Below are positions 1 to 7,836 of a stretch of 64,000 bases of DNA, one piece after another. The position numbers and the translations under genes are program-made. The DNA lies in the IMG/VR virus record IMGVR_UViG_3300027782_000058, positions 27,080 to 91,079 of that record; one strand, given 5' to 3'. Below the pieces are notes generated by a model, which worked only from the letters and a program-made list of their open reading frames with translations, was not told the origin of the DNA and did no database searches. How positions within the stretch are numbered: position 1 is the first letter of the stretch; each line of letters begins with the position of its first letter. The DNA comes from a virus.

Positions 1-95
1 AGTTGTCATGCGTCGACCTTACTCGTGAATCGTATTCGAAGTCGAGCGAGCGGGCGGAGAACGAGAAAAAATCTTTACTCCGCCCGCCGGGCGGC

Positions 96-215
96 TCACT
101 TTTTCGGTTCTGTCTTCTTCTTGGCTGCAGCGGGCTTTGCCGCCTGAGGAGTTTTTTCAGGGGCGGGCTTAGTCGCGCCGGGCATGTCTTGCGCGCGGAA
201 GTTGGTTTGGGCCAT
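96..215 (-). CDS. 39-aa Lys/Ala/Pro-rich peptide (MAQTNFRAQDMPGATKPAPEKTPQAAKPAAAKKKTEPKK)
   Basis: Not in the ORF track; translated by hand. ATG at 215-213 is preceded by a strong SD (AGGGAGGTG on the minus strand); TGA at 98-96. Confidence 0.6.
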   Translation of the reverse strand: MAQTNFRAQDMPGATKPAPEKTPQAAKPAAAKKKTEPKK

Positions 216-288
216 GAGGGCACCTCCCTTCCTAACTTCGATGGGCATGTCAGAATCGTACCGTTTTCGGTACTGTTCTGCCTTGACA

Positions 289-329
289 TGACAAGGCCCC
301 CACTCCCCGAGAGGAGTGAGGGCTTGTCA
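289..329 (-). terminator. Hairpin downstream of the 339-698 gene
   Basis: Imperfect inverted repeat TGACAAGGCCCCCACTCC / GGAGTGAGGGCTTGTCA. Confidence 0.6.
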
Positions 330-338
330 GGGTGACGG

Positions 339-698
339 TCAGAGTTGGACCAGTCGTCCTAGGTCAAGCACGCGCTGCATGAGCGCGCCCCATGAGCAGT
401 AGTAGTGCATCCCGTACGCGGACCGCGTGCGGGGGTTGTAGGTCCAAGTGGAGTAGGTGTCCACCTTGCTAGGGGCCTCACCGTCGTTCACGGCGTAGGC
501 GTCCTTGAGGGCGATGCCGCACGCGGCACACGGGCGGTCGCCCGCCTCGCCATCGTTCGGCATGTGGAGCATGAACGTCTTACGCATGCGCCGTGCGCCT
601 TCCGCGAGTGCGGCAAACGTGTCCGCCTCATGGTACGCCTTAGCCCCGGTAGTCCACGGCTTGCGGAAGCCGGGGCGGGTAGTGGTCGAAGTCTTCAC
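339..698 (-). CDS. Early cassette protein, hypothetical (CxxC...HxxC)
   Basis: GTG start with CCTAGGGAGGTG RBS; own promoter at 775-747; terminator downstream. Confidence 0.8.
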   Translation of the reverse strand: MKTSTTTRPGFRKPWTTGAKAYHEADTFAALAEGARRMRKTFMLHMPNDGEAGDRPCAACGIALKDAYAVNDGEAPSKVDTYSTWTYNPRTRSAYGMHYYCSWGALMQRVLDLGRLVQL

Positions 699-746
699 TG
701 TCTCACCTCCCTAGGGTGTCTGCCGGGGTTTTCCCGGTCAGGAGTA

Positions 747-818
747 AAACTACCCTAGATCGAGTCAAAAGTCAAATCGAGGGTAGGACTTGCGAATGTC
801 AGAGAACTAGGGTACTCT
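747..818. promoter_or_regulatory. Divergent promoter pair
   Basis: Minus: TTGACT(775-770)-N17-TAGTTT(752-747). Plus: TTGCGA(790-795)-N17-TACTCT(813-818). Confidence 0.75.
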
Positions 819-861
819 GATCCCATACCCCGAAGACACGGGGCAGAACTAGGGAGGCACA

Positions 862-1092
862 ATGTTCACTGAAGTCAACTTCATCATCGACGTTTGCACT
901 GACTGCTACGTCGCCGCCGCTGGAGTCGGGGACGCGGGTGAGACTCCCGAGTACGCCCCCCTCGCTCACTTCGACGGGCAGGGTACGGCAGTGCCCACTG
1001 AGGAAGGGGAGGGCCACTTCAGCAATCACGGGTGCCCCGGATGCGGGTCACCCCTTGCGGGGCAACGCTTTGAGGTCACGGTTCTGAACTAG
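862..1092 (+). CDS. Small 4-Cys (CxxC...CxxC) phage protein
   Basis: AACTAGGGAGGCACAATG start context; CTDC and CPGCGSPLAG motifs; UACG-loop hairpin at 1105-1126. Confidence 0.85.
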   Translation: MFTEVNFIIDVCTDCYVAAAGVGDAGETPEYAPLAHFDGQGTAVPTEEGEGHFSNHGCPGCGSPLAGQRFEVTVLN

Positions 1093-1163
1093 GCGCGAGA
1101 GGTTGCCCCGGCCTACGGGTCGGGGCTTCCCGCCCCCGTCAGGAAACAATTCCGGCGTAAGAC

Positions 1164-1234
1164 TTGCGATCCGATCCAAAGTAGGGTATCTTCGTACTAC
1201 CGCCCCAAACGGGGGCCAAACTAGGGAGGTCACA
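1164..1234 (+). promoter_or_regulatory. Promoter, 5' stem-loop and RBS cassette
   Basis: TTGCGA-N17-TATCTT, GCCCCAAACGGGGGC hairpin, CTAGGGAGG. Confidence 0.8.
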
Positions 1235-1450
1235 ATGCACACACTCATCACCCCCACCCTCACCCTCGCGGGCACCGTTTACTCGGTGTCTGAGCAGTAC
1301 GAGTCCCCTGCGGCTCACTTCACTACCCGCGAGGCTGCAGTGGCCCACGCGGAAGCCCTTAACGCCGCCTACCGGGGTCGATTCAATGACTGTCTTGGCG
1401 ACGACTACTACCCCACGTTCGCGGTGGGGGAGGTCAAGGTCTACTCCTGA
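1235..1450 (+). CDS. Early cassette protein, hypothetical (71 aa)
   Basis: ATG 1235 follows the CTAGGGAGG RBS (the track start at 1103 is too far upstream); hairpin at 1463-1489. Confidence 0.8.
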   Translation: MHTLITPTLTLAGTVYSVSEQYESPAAHFTTREAAVAHAEALNAAYRGRFNDCLGDDYYPTFAVGEVKVYS

Positions 1451-1509
1451 CCACTGGCACGCGCCCCCCGGCCATACGGTCGGGGGGGCATTCACAACGA
1501 CAGAAGGAA

Positions 1510-1878
1510 GTGATCACAATGCAGAACCCAGTGACATTCACGCCCACTGAGGCCGTGATCCTCACTCACCGGCTAGAGGCCCCTGACGCTATCGCTGAAG
1601 CCCTCTCTGACGGCGGGGCACCGTGGACCTACGCGGCCATCGAGGAACGCGCCACCGCCATCCTCTCGGGCTGGAGGGGAGGCAAGTCCCTGACCGTCGA
1701 CATGGGCGACTCGCTCACCCGCGCCATCATCGAGGACTGTTGTGATGGCAGTGTGTTCTTCGCCGCGATGGAGTACGCGGTCGACTACGGAGAAATTACC
1801 CCCGCAAAGGCGCGACACCTTGAGCAAGCGGCGACCACGCTGGAAGCCAAGACGGGGGTGCCGGTTCCACTCGGATAG
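1510..1878 (+). CDS. Hypothetical protein, second gene of the cassette
   Basis: AGAAGGAA SD; phage-like codon use; UACG terminator at 1891-1927. Confidence 0.8.
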   Translation: MITMQNPVTFTPTEAVILTHRLEAPDAIAEALSDGGAPWTYAAIEERATAILSGWRGGKSLTVDMGDSLTRAIIEDCCDGSVFFAAMEYAVDYGEITPAKARHLEQAATTLEAKTGVPVPLG

Positions 1879-2027
1879 CCGCGCGCCTAGCGAGAAGCCT
1901 CATCCCTACGGGGGATGGGGCTTTTCGCATTCCCGTCGCGAGTCGAGGACGCCGCCGGAAAAAATCTTTGCCTCGCCCCCGCGCGGCCCCGCCCCCGGAC
2001 GAATGGAAAGGCTTCACTCGAAAGAAC

Positions 2028-2100
2028 TTGACACCTGTCATAGGACTGGTATAAGGTGTGTATACATCCCAGAGAGGGGTGCCACTAGGGAGGTGGGAAG
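2028..2100 (+). promoter_or_regulatory. Promoter and RBS
   Basis: TTGACA 2028-2033; -10 TATAAG/TAAGGT at about 2050-2057; CTAGGGAGG. Confidence 0.7.
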
Positions 2101-2385
2101 TTGCAGTACCGAATCACTCACCACGCGGCTCGTCAGGCCGCAGTCAAGGGGTTCGCCATCGACGCCGTGATCCGAGCGGCTCAATCCCCGAGCATCACTT
2201 ACCCGAGCGGGAAGCGTCACCCCGGTCAGGTCCGTCACATTCGTGACGGCATCGTCGCCGTCGTGGACCCCGTGACGGCAACGGTTGTCACGGTCTACGA
2301 GAACGTGCGGGAGACCGCGCTACGTCCCGATCAGCGCGACCCGGTGGCGCTGGAGTACGGCAGGCAGTGGGGCAAGCGGCACTGA
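2101..2385 (+). CDS. DUF4258-like (RelE/BrnT-type fold) putative ribonuclease
   Basis: YRITHHAARQ...P...Y...G...IVAVVDP...VVTVY pattern; TTG start after CTAGGGAGG; terminator at 2396-2427. Confidence 0.65.
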   Translation: MQYRITHHAARQAAVKGFAIDAVIRAAQSPSITYPSGKRHPGQVRHIRDGIVAVVDPVTATVVTVYENVRETALRPDQRDPVALEYGRQWGKRH

Positions 2386-2447
2386 CTGACTGAGAGGGAG
2401 GCCCCCACCTACGGGTGGGGGTCTCCCGTTTGTCAGGGGACCCAAAC

Positions 2448-2476
2448 TTGACAGGCAAGGTAGATAGGCGTATTCT
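2448..2476 (+). promoter_or_regulatory. Promoter
   Basis: TTGACA-N17-TATTCT. Confidence 0.8.
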
Positions 2477-2516
2477 TTGAGAGTTGGACTCACCACACAG
2501 ACAAGGGAGAACCGAA

Positions 2517-2861
2517 ATGACGACCACCACCGTCCTCGAACTTGTGGAGGACTACATGCAGGCAATCCGCGAGGCTACGGCCAAGTACTACGCGGACAAC
2601 TACCACCACCTTCAGCCCCCGATGATCTATGCGGAGCCGGGTCGCCGGTTCGCCCGCATCGTGATGGAAGGCTCGAATCAGCGTACGGTCCACGCTTTCG
2701 TGGACATGGAGACCGGCGACGTGATCAAGGCTGCAGGCTGGAAGGCCCCGCAGAAGGACAAGGACGGCCTCGCGGTTCGCTACCACCTCGCCGATGAGGC
2801 TGATCGCGCGCGGTGCTACGCGGCCATCGACCCTCACGGTGGATACCTCTACAAGTGGTAG
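2517..2861 (+). CDS. Conserved phage hypothetical protein (VHAFVD..TGD..KAAGWKAP...GGYLY family)
   Basis: Motif recalled from diverse phages; ATG 2517 after AAGGGAG; UACG terminator at about 2877-2899. Confidence 0.85.
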   Translation: MTTTTVLELVEDYMQAIREATAKYYADNYHHLQPPMIYAEPGRRFARIVMEGSNQRTVHAFVDMETGDVIKAAGWKAPQKDKDGLAVRYHLADEADRARCYAAIDPHGGYLYKW

Positions 2862-3057
2862 CCCTCACGAAGTACGGCCCCCACCTACGGGTGGGGGCTT
2901 TTCGTTTTCGCGCGACGGGAGGACTGGTAACCCTCTCGCCGAAAGGCCCTCGCCGAAAGGCGGGGGCCTTTTCGCGTGCGAATGCGGGCCGGGTGATGGG
3001 AGGTGGCGAAACTTTTTTTCCGGTCATCGCGCGCGAGGTCGCTACGCGCGGGACAAC

Positions 3058-3128
3058 TTGACACTCGGTAGGATGTTCGATAAGGTAGGACTACCGCCCA
3101 ACCGGGGCGCACAACCTAGGGAGTCGAA
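3058..3128 (+). promoter_or_regulatory. Promoter, stem-loop and RBS
   Basis: TTGACA-N17-TAAGGT; GCCCCAACCGGGGC; CCTAGGGAG. Confidence 0.8.
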
Positions 3129-3377
3129 ATGTCCGTCACCACCGTCACCACCTACGCAATCTCCTACACCGCCACTAACCGTAGCGGCGCGGTCCACACC
3201 TACGTTCTGTCAGACCTTGACACCGCCGGTATCGGCGAGGTCATCGCTTCCATGTACGCGCAACGGGATGACTGGTACTGCCGCAACGTCACCATTGCCA
3301 CGATGGGCGGTCAGGTTGTCTACACGTTCGATGGCACCCCGCACGCCGCTACCGTGGCGAGCGTTCTCTCTCGCTAG
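3129..3377 (+). CDS. Early cassette protein, paralog of 5694-5831
   Basis: Cassette context; shares YAISYT...VLSDLD...NVT with the 5694 ORF; GCGA-loop hairpin at about 3394-3422. Confidence 0.8.
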   Translation: MSVTTVTTYAISYTATNRSGAVHTYVLSDLDTAGIGEVIASMYAQRDDWYCRNVTIATMGGQVVYTFDGTPHAATVASVLSR

Positions 3378-3511
3378 TCACGTCCTAGGCCCCGGCCCTC
3401 ACCCTGCGAAAGGGTGGGGGCTGGCTGGCTTTCCGGCCCATATCGCCATGCGGCGGGCTAGATACAATGGCTTGACATTCCTTGCGCGCCCTACCCTGCC
3501 GGAGGCCCACC

Positions 3512-3682
3512 GTGCCGTTTCGCACGTCGTGCGAGCAATGCGAGGGAGTCGCCACCGTGCTAGTGGCGGGCGGTCGCGCGCACGCGCAATGCCTGCCGCT
3601 GCCGGTGGACTTGACGCGGCTCGCTGCCATGCCGCGACTTCCGGATGGGATCCCGTGGCGGTGCCCGTGGTGCGGCGCTTGA
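3512..3682 (+). CDS. Possible 56-aa zinc-ribbon protein (CEQC...CPWC)
   Basis: GGAGG at 3501-3505 then GTG 3512; two CxxC pairs; lacks the standard cassette frame. Confidence 0.5.
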   Translation: MPFRTSCEQCEGVATVLVAGGRAHAQCLPLPVDLTRLAAMPRLPDGIPWRCPWCGA

Positions 3683-3818
3683 AACTTTTTTTCCTCACCT
3701 ACGCGCACACGGCAGGACATCGGGAGTGCTCGGGCTACCGCGACTTCGAGACTTTGCGCGAAAGTCTGCCGTAAGGCTCTCAGACTTGACATGACTTGAC
3801 GCATAGGGCTCTCATGAC

Positions 3819-3890
3819 TTGACAAACGTTCGGATTCGAGTAAACTGGGCACACCGGCCCACAAGGGGCCGCAACCGAAGGGACACCGAC
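3819..3890 (+). promoter_or_regulatory. Promoter, stem-loop and RBS
   Basis: TTGACA-N16-TAAACT, preceded by two more GACTTGAC copies (3783-3800); GGCCCACAAGGGGCC hairpin. Confidence 0.75.
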
Positions 3891-4421
3891 ATGACCACCT
3901 ACGCCCCCCGCACCCGCGTCGCCCGCCCCGCGACCGACCGTCAGGTTGCGTACGCCGAGGCGCTGCTGCTGCAGGTCACCGGCCCTGACAACTTTGACGA
4001 GGCCCGCCTCGCGCTCGCCGAGCGGGGTGGACTCGCCACGGTTGACGCGGCGTCGCGCACTATCGACGCCCTGCGGACGCAGGCCGCTGCCATGCGGACG
4101 CAGGCCCCTCGCGCCGCTGCCCCTCGCGCCGCTGCCACTGAGGCCCTCGCACTGGGCATGTACCGCCGTGACGGTGAGGTCTACCGCGTAGTCGCCTCGC
4201 GGGCCGGTCGCCCGTACGCTAAGCGCCTTGACCCGGCCACGGGTAAGTTTGACTACGCGGCGGGCGCGATCCGCACGCTCACCGCTGCGGACCGTATGAG
4301 CCTCTCCGAGGCTGCCGAGTACGGTCGGGCCATCGGTCGGTGTTGCGTATGTGGCGCGACGCTCACCGACCCCGAGTCGGTCGCCCGTGGCATCGGCCCC
4401 GTGTGCGGGGGGCGAGTCTGA
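3891..4421 (+). CDS. DUF6011-type zinc-finger protein
   Basis: C-terminal CCVCGATLTDPESVARGIGPVC; N-terminal ATDRQ...ASRTIDAL helical motif; UUCG terminator at 4436-4466. Confidence 0.85.
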   Translation: MTTYAPRTRVARPATDRQVAYAEALLLQVTGPDNFDEARLALAERGGLATVDAASRTIDALRTQAAAMRTQAPRAAAPRAAATEALALGMYRRDGEVYRVVASRAGRPYAKRLDPATGKFDYAAGAIRTLTAADRMSLSEAAEYGRAIGRCCVCGATLTDPESVARGIGPVCGGRV

Positions 4422-4591
4422 GGCCCCGAGCGCGAGAGGCCCCATCCCTTCGGGGGTGGGGCCTTCGTCATGTCGTGCGGATCACGCGCGAGCGGCGAGC
4501 GGCAGGCGAGAAAAAATCTTTGCCCTGCCCCCGTCGGGCGTGGAGTCGCGAGAGGTCGCGCGAGTGGTGAGATTCCCTTCCGAGATTCGAC

Positions 4592-4662
4592 TTGACATGC
4601 CGCACGAGGTACGTCATACTGGAGGCATGCCGCAAGGCGCGGCAGCACCTAGGGAGGCAATC
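4592..4662 (+). promoter_or_regulatory. Promoter, stem-loop and RBS
   Basis: TTGACA-N17-CATACT; GCCGCAAGGCGCGGC; CCTAGGGAGG. Confidence 0.8.
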
Positions 4663-4908
4663 ATGACCGACTACACCACGATCACCGGAACCCGCGAGGG
4701 TGTTCGCGCCTACTACTCCGAGATTGCCCCCGGAGTGTGGGAGGCGGAGATTGAGTGGCAGGACGACTACGCTCGCGGTGTCTGGCACAACGCCGGTTGC
4801 GTTACGTTCACCAGTGAGCCCGACCTCGCCGCCATCGTGAGCGCGGTACAGTCCTACTGCTCCGATCAATACGACCGCGAAATGGAGTACCGCTCCACAA
4901 AACACTGA
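4663..4908 (+). CDS. Early cassette protein, hypothetical (81 aa, acidic)
   Basis: ATG 4663 after the RBS; GAAA-loop terminator at 4915-4951. Confidence 0.8.
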   Translation: MTDYTTITGTREGVRAYYSEIAPGVWEAEIEWQDDYARGVWHNAGCVTFTSEPDLAAIVSAVQSYCSDQYDREMEYRSTKH

Positions 4909-5068
4909 CACCCGAAAGATGCCCCGCCCCGAAAGGGTGCGGGGCATCTTTGCGTTTGGGATTGACAATCCGGCGCGCGAGGGGCACCGCCGCACCGTGG
5001 AAAAAATCTTTGCCCACGGGGCGGTCGGGAGTCGCGCGCGGACTGCGAACCATGCCGATGCACTTGAC

Positions 5069-5138
5069 TTGACACTGCCTTAGATCCGAGTAAACTGGGA
5101 CTACCGCCCCGGCAGGGGGCCACACCTAGGGAGACCAA
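5069..5138 (+). promoter_or_regulatory. Promoter, stem-loop and RBS
   Basis: TTGACA-N16-TAAACT; GCCCCGGCAGGGGGC; CCTAGGGAG. Confidence 0.8.
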
Positions 5139-5477
5139 ATGTCCACTGTCATCGCCACCGCCACCCCCACGTCCGCCGCTATCTCGGACGGCATCGTGCG
5201 GGCAAGTGTCGACCTTATGGGACGCAACCGTGAGGGGCGTCAGGAATGGCGCTACAGCATCGCCTGCGAGTCCGAGGCTCAGACTGGCACCGACCTGCGG
5301 ACGGGAGTTGGGGCCACAGAGACTGGCGTCGACATGCTCCGTACCCTCGCGGGATTCCTCGCGGCACACTCCGAGTCCTCCGAGGGCGGCGAGTGTGCGG
5401 ACCTGTTCGATATCTCGCGAGAGGCTACGGAGGCCATCTCCGAGGTCATCTACTACGCGGTCGGGTGGGATGCCTGA
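5139..5477 (+). CDS. Early cassette protein, hypothetical
   Basis: Cassette context; terminator at 5490-5525. Confidence 0.8.
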   Translation: MSTVIATATPTSAAISDGIVRASVDLMGRNREGRQEWRYSIACESEAQTGTDLRTGVGATETGVDMLRTLAGFLAAHSESSEGGECADLFDISREATEAISEVIYYAVGWDA

Positions 5478-5621
5478 CCCGAACGTTCTGAAAGGCCCCG
5501 CATCCGAAAGAGCGCGGGGCCTTTCGCATTGCGCGGGGAGCGCGCGCGGTGGAATCGGAAAAAATCTTTAGACCGCCGCCCCGCCCGTCGCCACGCGCCC
5601 ATCGCCCGGTCCCGATAGAAC

Positions 5622-5693
5622 TTGACAACGCTCGCAGAATCCGGCATACTAGATCCATGCCGCAGGGAGCGGCACTAATCAAGGGAGACTGAA
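5622..5693 (+). promoter_or_regulatory. Promoter, stem-loop and RBS
   Basis: TTGACA-N17-CATACT; GCCGCAGGGAGCGGC; AAGGGAG. Confidence 0.8.
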
Positions 5694-5831
5694 ATGACCT
5701 TCGCAATCGCCTACACCGTGAACACCGAGAACATCGTCCTGTCGGGCCTTGACTCGCAGGGGCTTATCGATGCCGTGCTCTACTCGGCTCAATACGGCCC
5801 CATCACGAACGTCACGGTGTCGTCCTACTGA
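5694..5831 (+). CDS. 45-aa protein (MTFAIAYTVNTENIVLSGLDSQGLIDAVLYSAQYGPITNVTVSSY), paralog of 3129-3377
   Basis: Not in the ORF track; full cassette frame; terminator at 5844-5874. Confidence 0.8.
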   Translation: MTFAIAYTVNTENIVLSGLDSQGLIDAVLYSAQYGPITNVTVSSY

Positions 5832-5889
5832 CAGGCACCGCGCGAGACCCCGGCCCTTACGGGTCGGGGTCTTTCGCTTTCTAGGGGGC

Positions 5890-5960
5890 TTGACAACGTG
5901 ACTCAAACTAGTAGACTGGGGCTACGCCCCGATACGCGGGGCCTGACCTAGGGAGTCACA
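5890..5960 (+). promoter_or_regulatory. Promoter, stem-loop and RBS
   Basis: TTGACA-N16-TAGACT; GCCCCGATACGCGGGGC; CCTAGGGAG. Confidence 0.8.
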
Positions 5961-6098
5961 ATGGCCGTTATGACCACAGAGTGGATCTGTTCCTCATGCC
6001 GTACCGTGTGGGTGAGTGAGGACTACCCGCTTTGCCCGGAGTGCCGCACGGATGAGTGCGCGCTCACGCGCGAGGCGTGGGTTAGGTGGGTACGATGA
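5961..6098 (+). CDS. 45-aa rubredoxin-like zinc-ribbon peptide (WICSSC...CPEC)
   Basis: Not in the ORF track; ATG 5961 after the RBS; stop overlaps the next start (ATGA). Confidence 0.75.
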   Translation: MAVMTTEWICSSCRTVWVSEDYPLCPECRTDECALTREAWVRWVR

Positions 6099-6406
6099 CC
6101 ACCACCCGCAACGCAAACGCCGCTATCGCGTCGTGCGAGACGTTCCGCGCGTCGGCCCTGTCGGGAGTCACCACGGTGCCCGGTGCGGGTCGCCTTGACG
6201 GTGCCGACCGTGATCGGTTCTACGCCGACCGGGACGCTATCGCCTACGCGGTTATGTCCTACGGCACGCCTATCGCGTGGCTCACGCCGCGCGGGTGGCA
6301 CGTCGTGGGCCAGCGTTTCAGCGTCACCACTTCACGACACCAGAGCGTCACCTTGCGGGGCGTGCGCGAGTGGTGCGAACGGTCGGGAGTCACTTGCGTT
6401 TGGTGA
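6095..6406 (+). CDS. Conserved phage hypothetical protein (YAVMSYGTPIAW...FSVTTSRHQ family)
   Basis: Recognisable phage motif; ATGA coupling; terminator at 6424-6459. Confidence 0.85.
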   Translation: MTTTRNANAAIASCETFRASALSGVTTVPGAGRLDGADRDRFYADRDAIAYAVMSYGTPIAWLTPRGWHVVGQRFSVTTSRHQSVTLRGVREWCERSGVTCVW

Positions 6407-6648
6407 CCCGCTAGCCTCCGAGTGAGAGCCCTGCCCCGTTTGAGGGGGGTGGGGCTCTCGCCGTTTCGCGCGCGGCGTGCGGGCGCTCGACGAAAAAAAT
6501 CTTTACCCCCCCGGTGTTTGGCTCGACGGACTACCGAGAGGTGGTCGGGGTCTTCACTTGTCTCCCGGCGGGGTGCGGGGCGGGGCGCGCCCACCCGTGA
6601 CGCTCTCGGGGCGCTATCAAACCGTGACCTAGAAACTTGCGGGAAGTG

Positions 6649-6720
6649 TTGACAGTCTCCCCAAACTCTGACAAACTAGAGGCATGCCCCAAACGGGGGC
6701 ACCACCTAGGGAGGCACCAA
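6649..6720 (+). promoter_or_regulatory. Promoter, stem-loop and RBS
   Basis: TTGACA-N17-CAAACT; GCCCCAAACGGGGGC (identical to 1202-1216); CCTAGGGAGG. Confidence 0.75.
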
Positions 6721-6828
6721 ATGTCACTCACCACCACCACCGCCTACACGGTCACTAGCCTCTGGGATGACGACCTAGAGGACGCACTCTGTGAGTGCGT
6801 TGCCGATGACTGCCCCCTAGATCACTAG
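6721..6828 (+). CDS. 35-aa acidic Cys/His peptide
   Basis: Full cassette frame; UACG terminator at 6842-6865. Confidence 0.7.
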   Translation: MSLTTTTAYTVTSLWDDDLEDALCECVADDCPLDH

Positions 6829-6930
6829 GGGGCAAGCGGGCAGGGGCACCCTACGGGGTGCCCCTTTCGTTGCCCGGCGGGGGTGCGCGGCGGGCGTCCG
6901 GAAACTTTTTTTCGTGCCTCGCGCCCCAGC

Positions 6931-6988
6931 GGCACGGCACGGCCTACGGCAGGGCAGGGCAGGGGCAGGGCAGGGCAGGGCAGGGGGG
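6931..6988 (+). repeat. (GGGCA)n / GGCAC tandem repeat, G-rich
   Basis: Direct reading of the sequence. Confidence 0.85.
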
Positions 6989-7034
6989 TGACGATGACCG
7001 TTATAGAACCGTGACCAAAACTTGCGAGACTGGC

Positions 7035-7106
7035 TTGACACTTGGCAGGCAACTACGGTACTTTCGTTGTATGCCGCAAAGGGCGGCACCAACTAGGGAG
7101 GCACCA
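7035..7106 (+). promoter_or_regulatory. Promoter, stem-loop and RBS
   Basis: TTGACA-N18-TACTTT; GCCGCAAAGGGCGGC; CTAGGGAGG. Confidence 0.7.
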
Positions 7107-7367
7107 ATGTCCAACTACACCTTCACCACCAACACCCCGTTCGTCAACGTCTCTGTCGGTCCGCGTACCGATGTTGCTCAGTACATCTTCCACCTCGCCA
7201 ACGGGGACAGTATCAGCGTTCTCCCCGCCTACGACCCTGCCGACTTCGAGTCGGCGTACATCCCCGCCGGGGACACGTCCGGACGTTGGGATGTTCGTAG
7301 GTGGGACGGCACCGACGCCTCCCCTGAGAGCGTGGCCCTCGCGCACCTCGCGGCACTCACCGCCTGA
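7107..7367 (+). CDS. Early cassette protein, hypothetical
   Basis: ATG 7107 after the RBS; UACG terminator at 7380-7409. Confidence 0.8.
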   Translation: MSNYTFTTNTPFVNVSVGPRTDVAQYIFHLANGDSISVLPAYDPADFESAYIPAGDTSGRWDVRRWDGTDASPESVALAHLAALTA

Positions 7368-7413
7368 CCCTCGCTCACTGGAAGGCCCTCGCTACGGCGG
7401 GGGCCTTCCTCAT

Positions 7414-7451
7414 GCGGCAGGGCGGCAGGGCGGCAGGGCGGCAGGGCGGGG
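7414..7451 (+). repeat. (GCGGCAGG)x4 tandem repeat
   Basis: Direct reading of the sequence. Confidence 0.85.
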
Positions 7452-7478
7452 CCTCCCGAAAAAGTTTGCCGGTAGGTC

Positions 7479-7554
7479 TTGCCATCCGATTCGAAGTACG
7501 GTACTTTTACCTCAGCGCCCCAAAAGGGGCCACAACCTAACCTAGGGAGACACA
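7479..7554 (+). promoter_or_regulatory. Promoter, stem-loop and RBS
   Basis: TTGCCA-N17-TACTTT; GCCCCAAAAGGGGC; CCTAGGGAG. Confidence 0.8.
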
Positions 7555-7782
7555 ATGACCACCACCGCCACCCGCCCCACCCCCACTACCAAGACCGTTT
7601 CCGTTGCCGTTCACCCTAGCGGCGAGTGTTTCGTCGTCACCCGGATCGATGGGTTTTACGACGCGGGTAACGGCTTCCGCGACCGTTCATTCTGGGAGGT
7701 TGTGTTCACCCTCAAGCGGGCAGGCGGGGACGTGCTGCACAAGGTGCCGAACCGCCACTACCGCCCGTGTGAGTGCGGGTAG
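7555..7782 (+). CDS. Early cassette protein, hypothetical
   Basis: Cassette context; GGAA-loop terminator at 7794-7828. Confidence 0.8.
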   Translation: MTTTATRPTPTTKTVSVAVHPSGECFVVTRIDGFYDAGNGFRDRSFWEVVFTLKRAGGDVLHKVPNRHYRPCECG

Positions 7783-7836
7783 TCCGCACCACGGCGAGAG
7801 GCCCCGCCCGGAAGGGTGGGGCCTCTCGCATGTCGG

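Noticed and set aside
2794-3774. 326-aa ORF and other long overlapping ORFs in the GC-rich arm
   Set aside because: They run across terminators and promoters, are Arg/Pro/Ala-rich, and lack an RBS; these are GC shadow frames.
283-4967. Stray TTGACA at 283, 3472 and 4962 as promoters
   Set aside because: There is no properly spaced -10 and no downstream leader or RBS frame.
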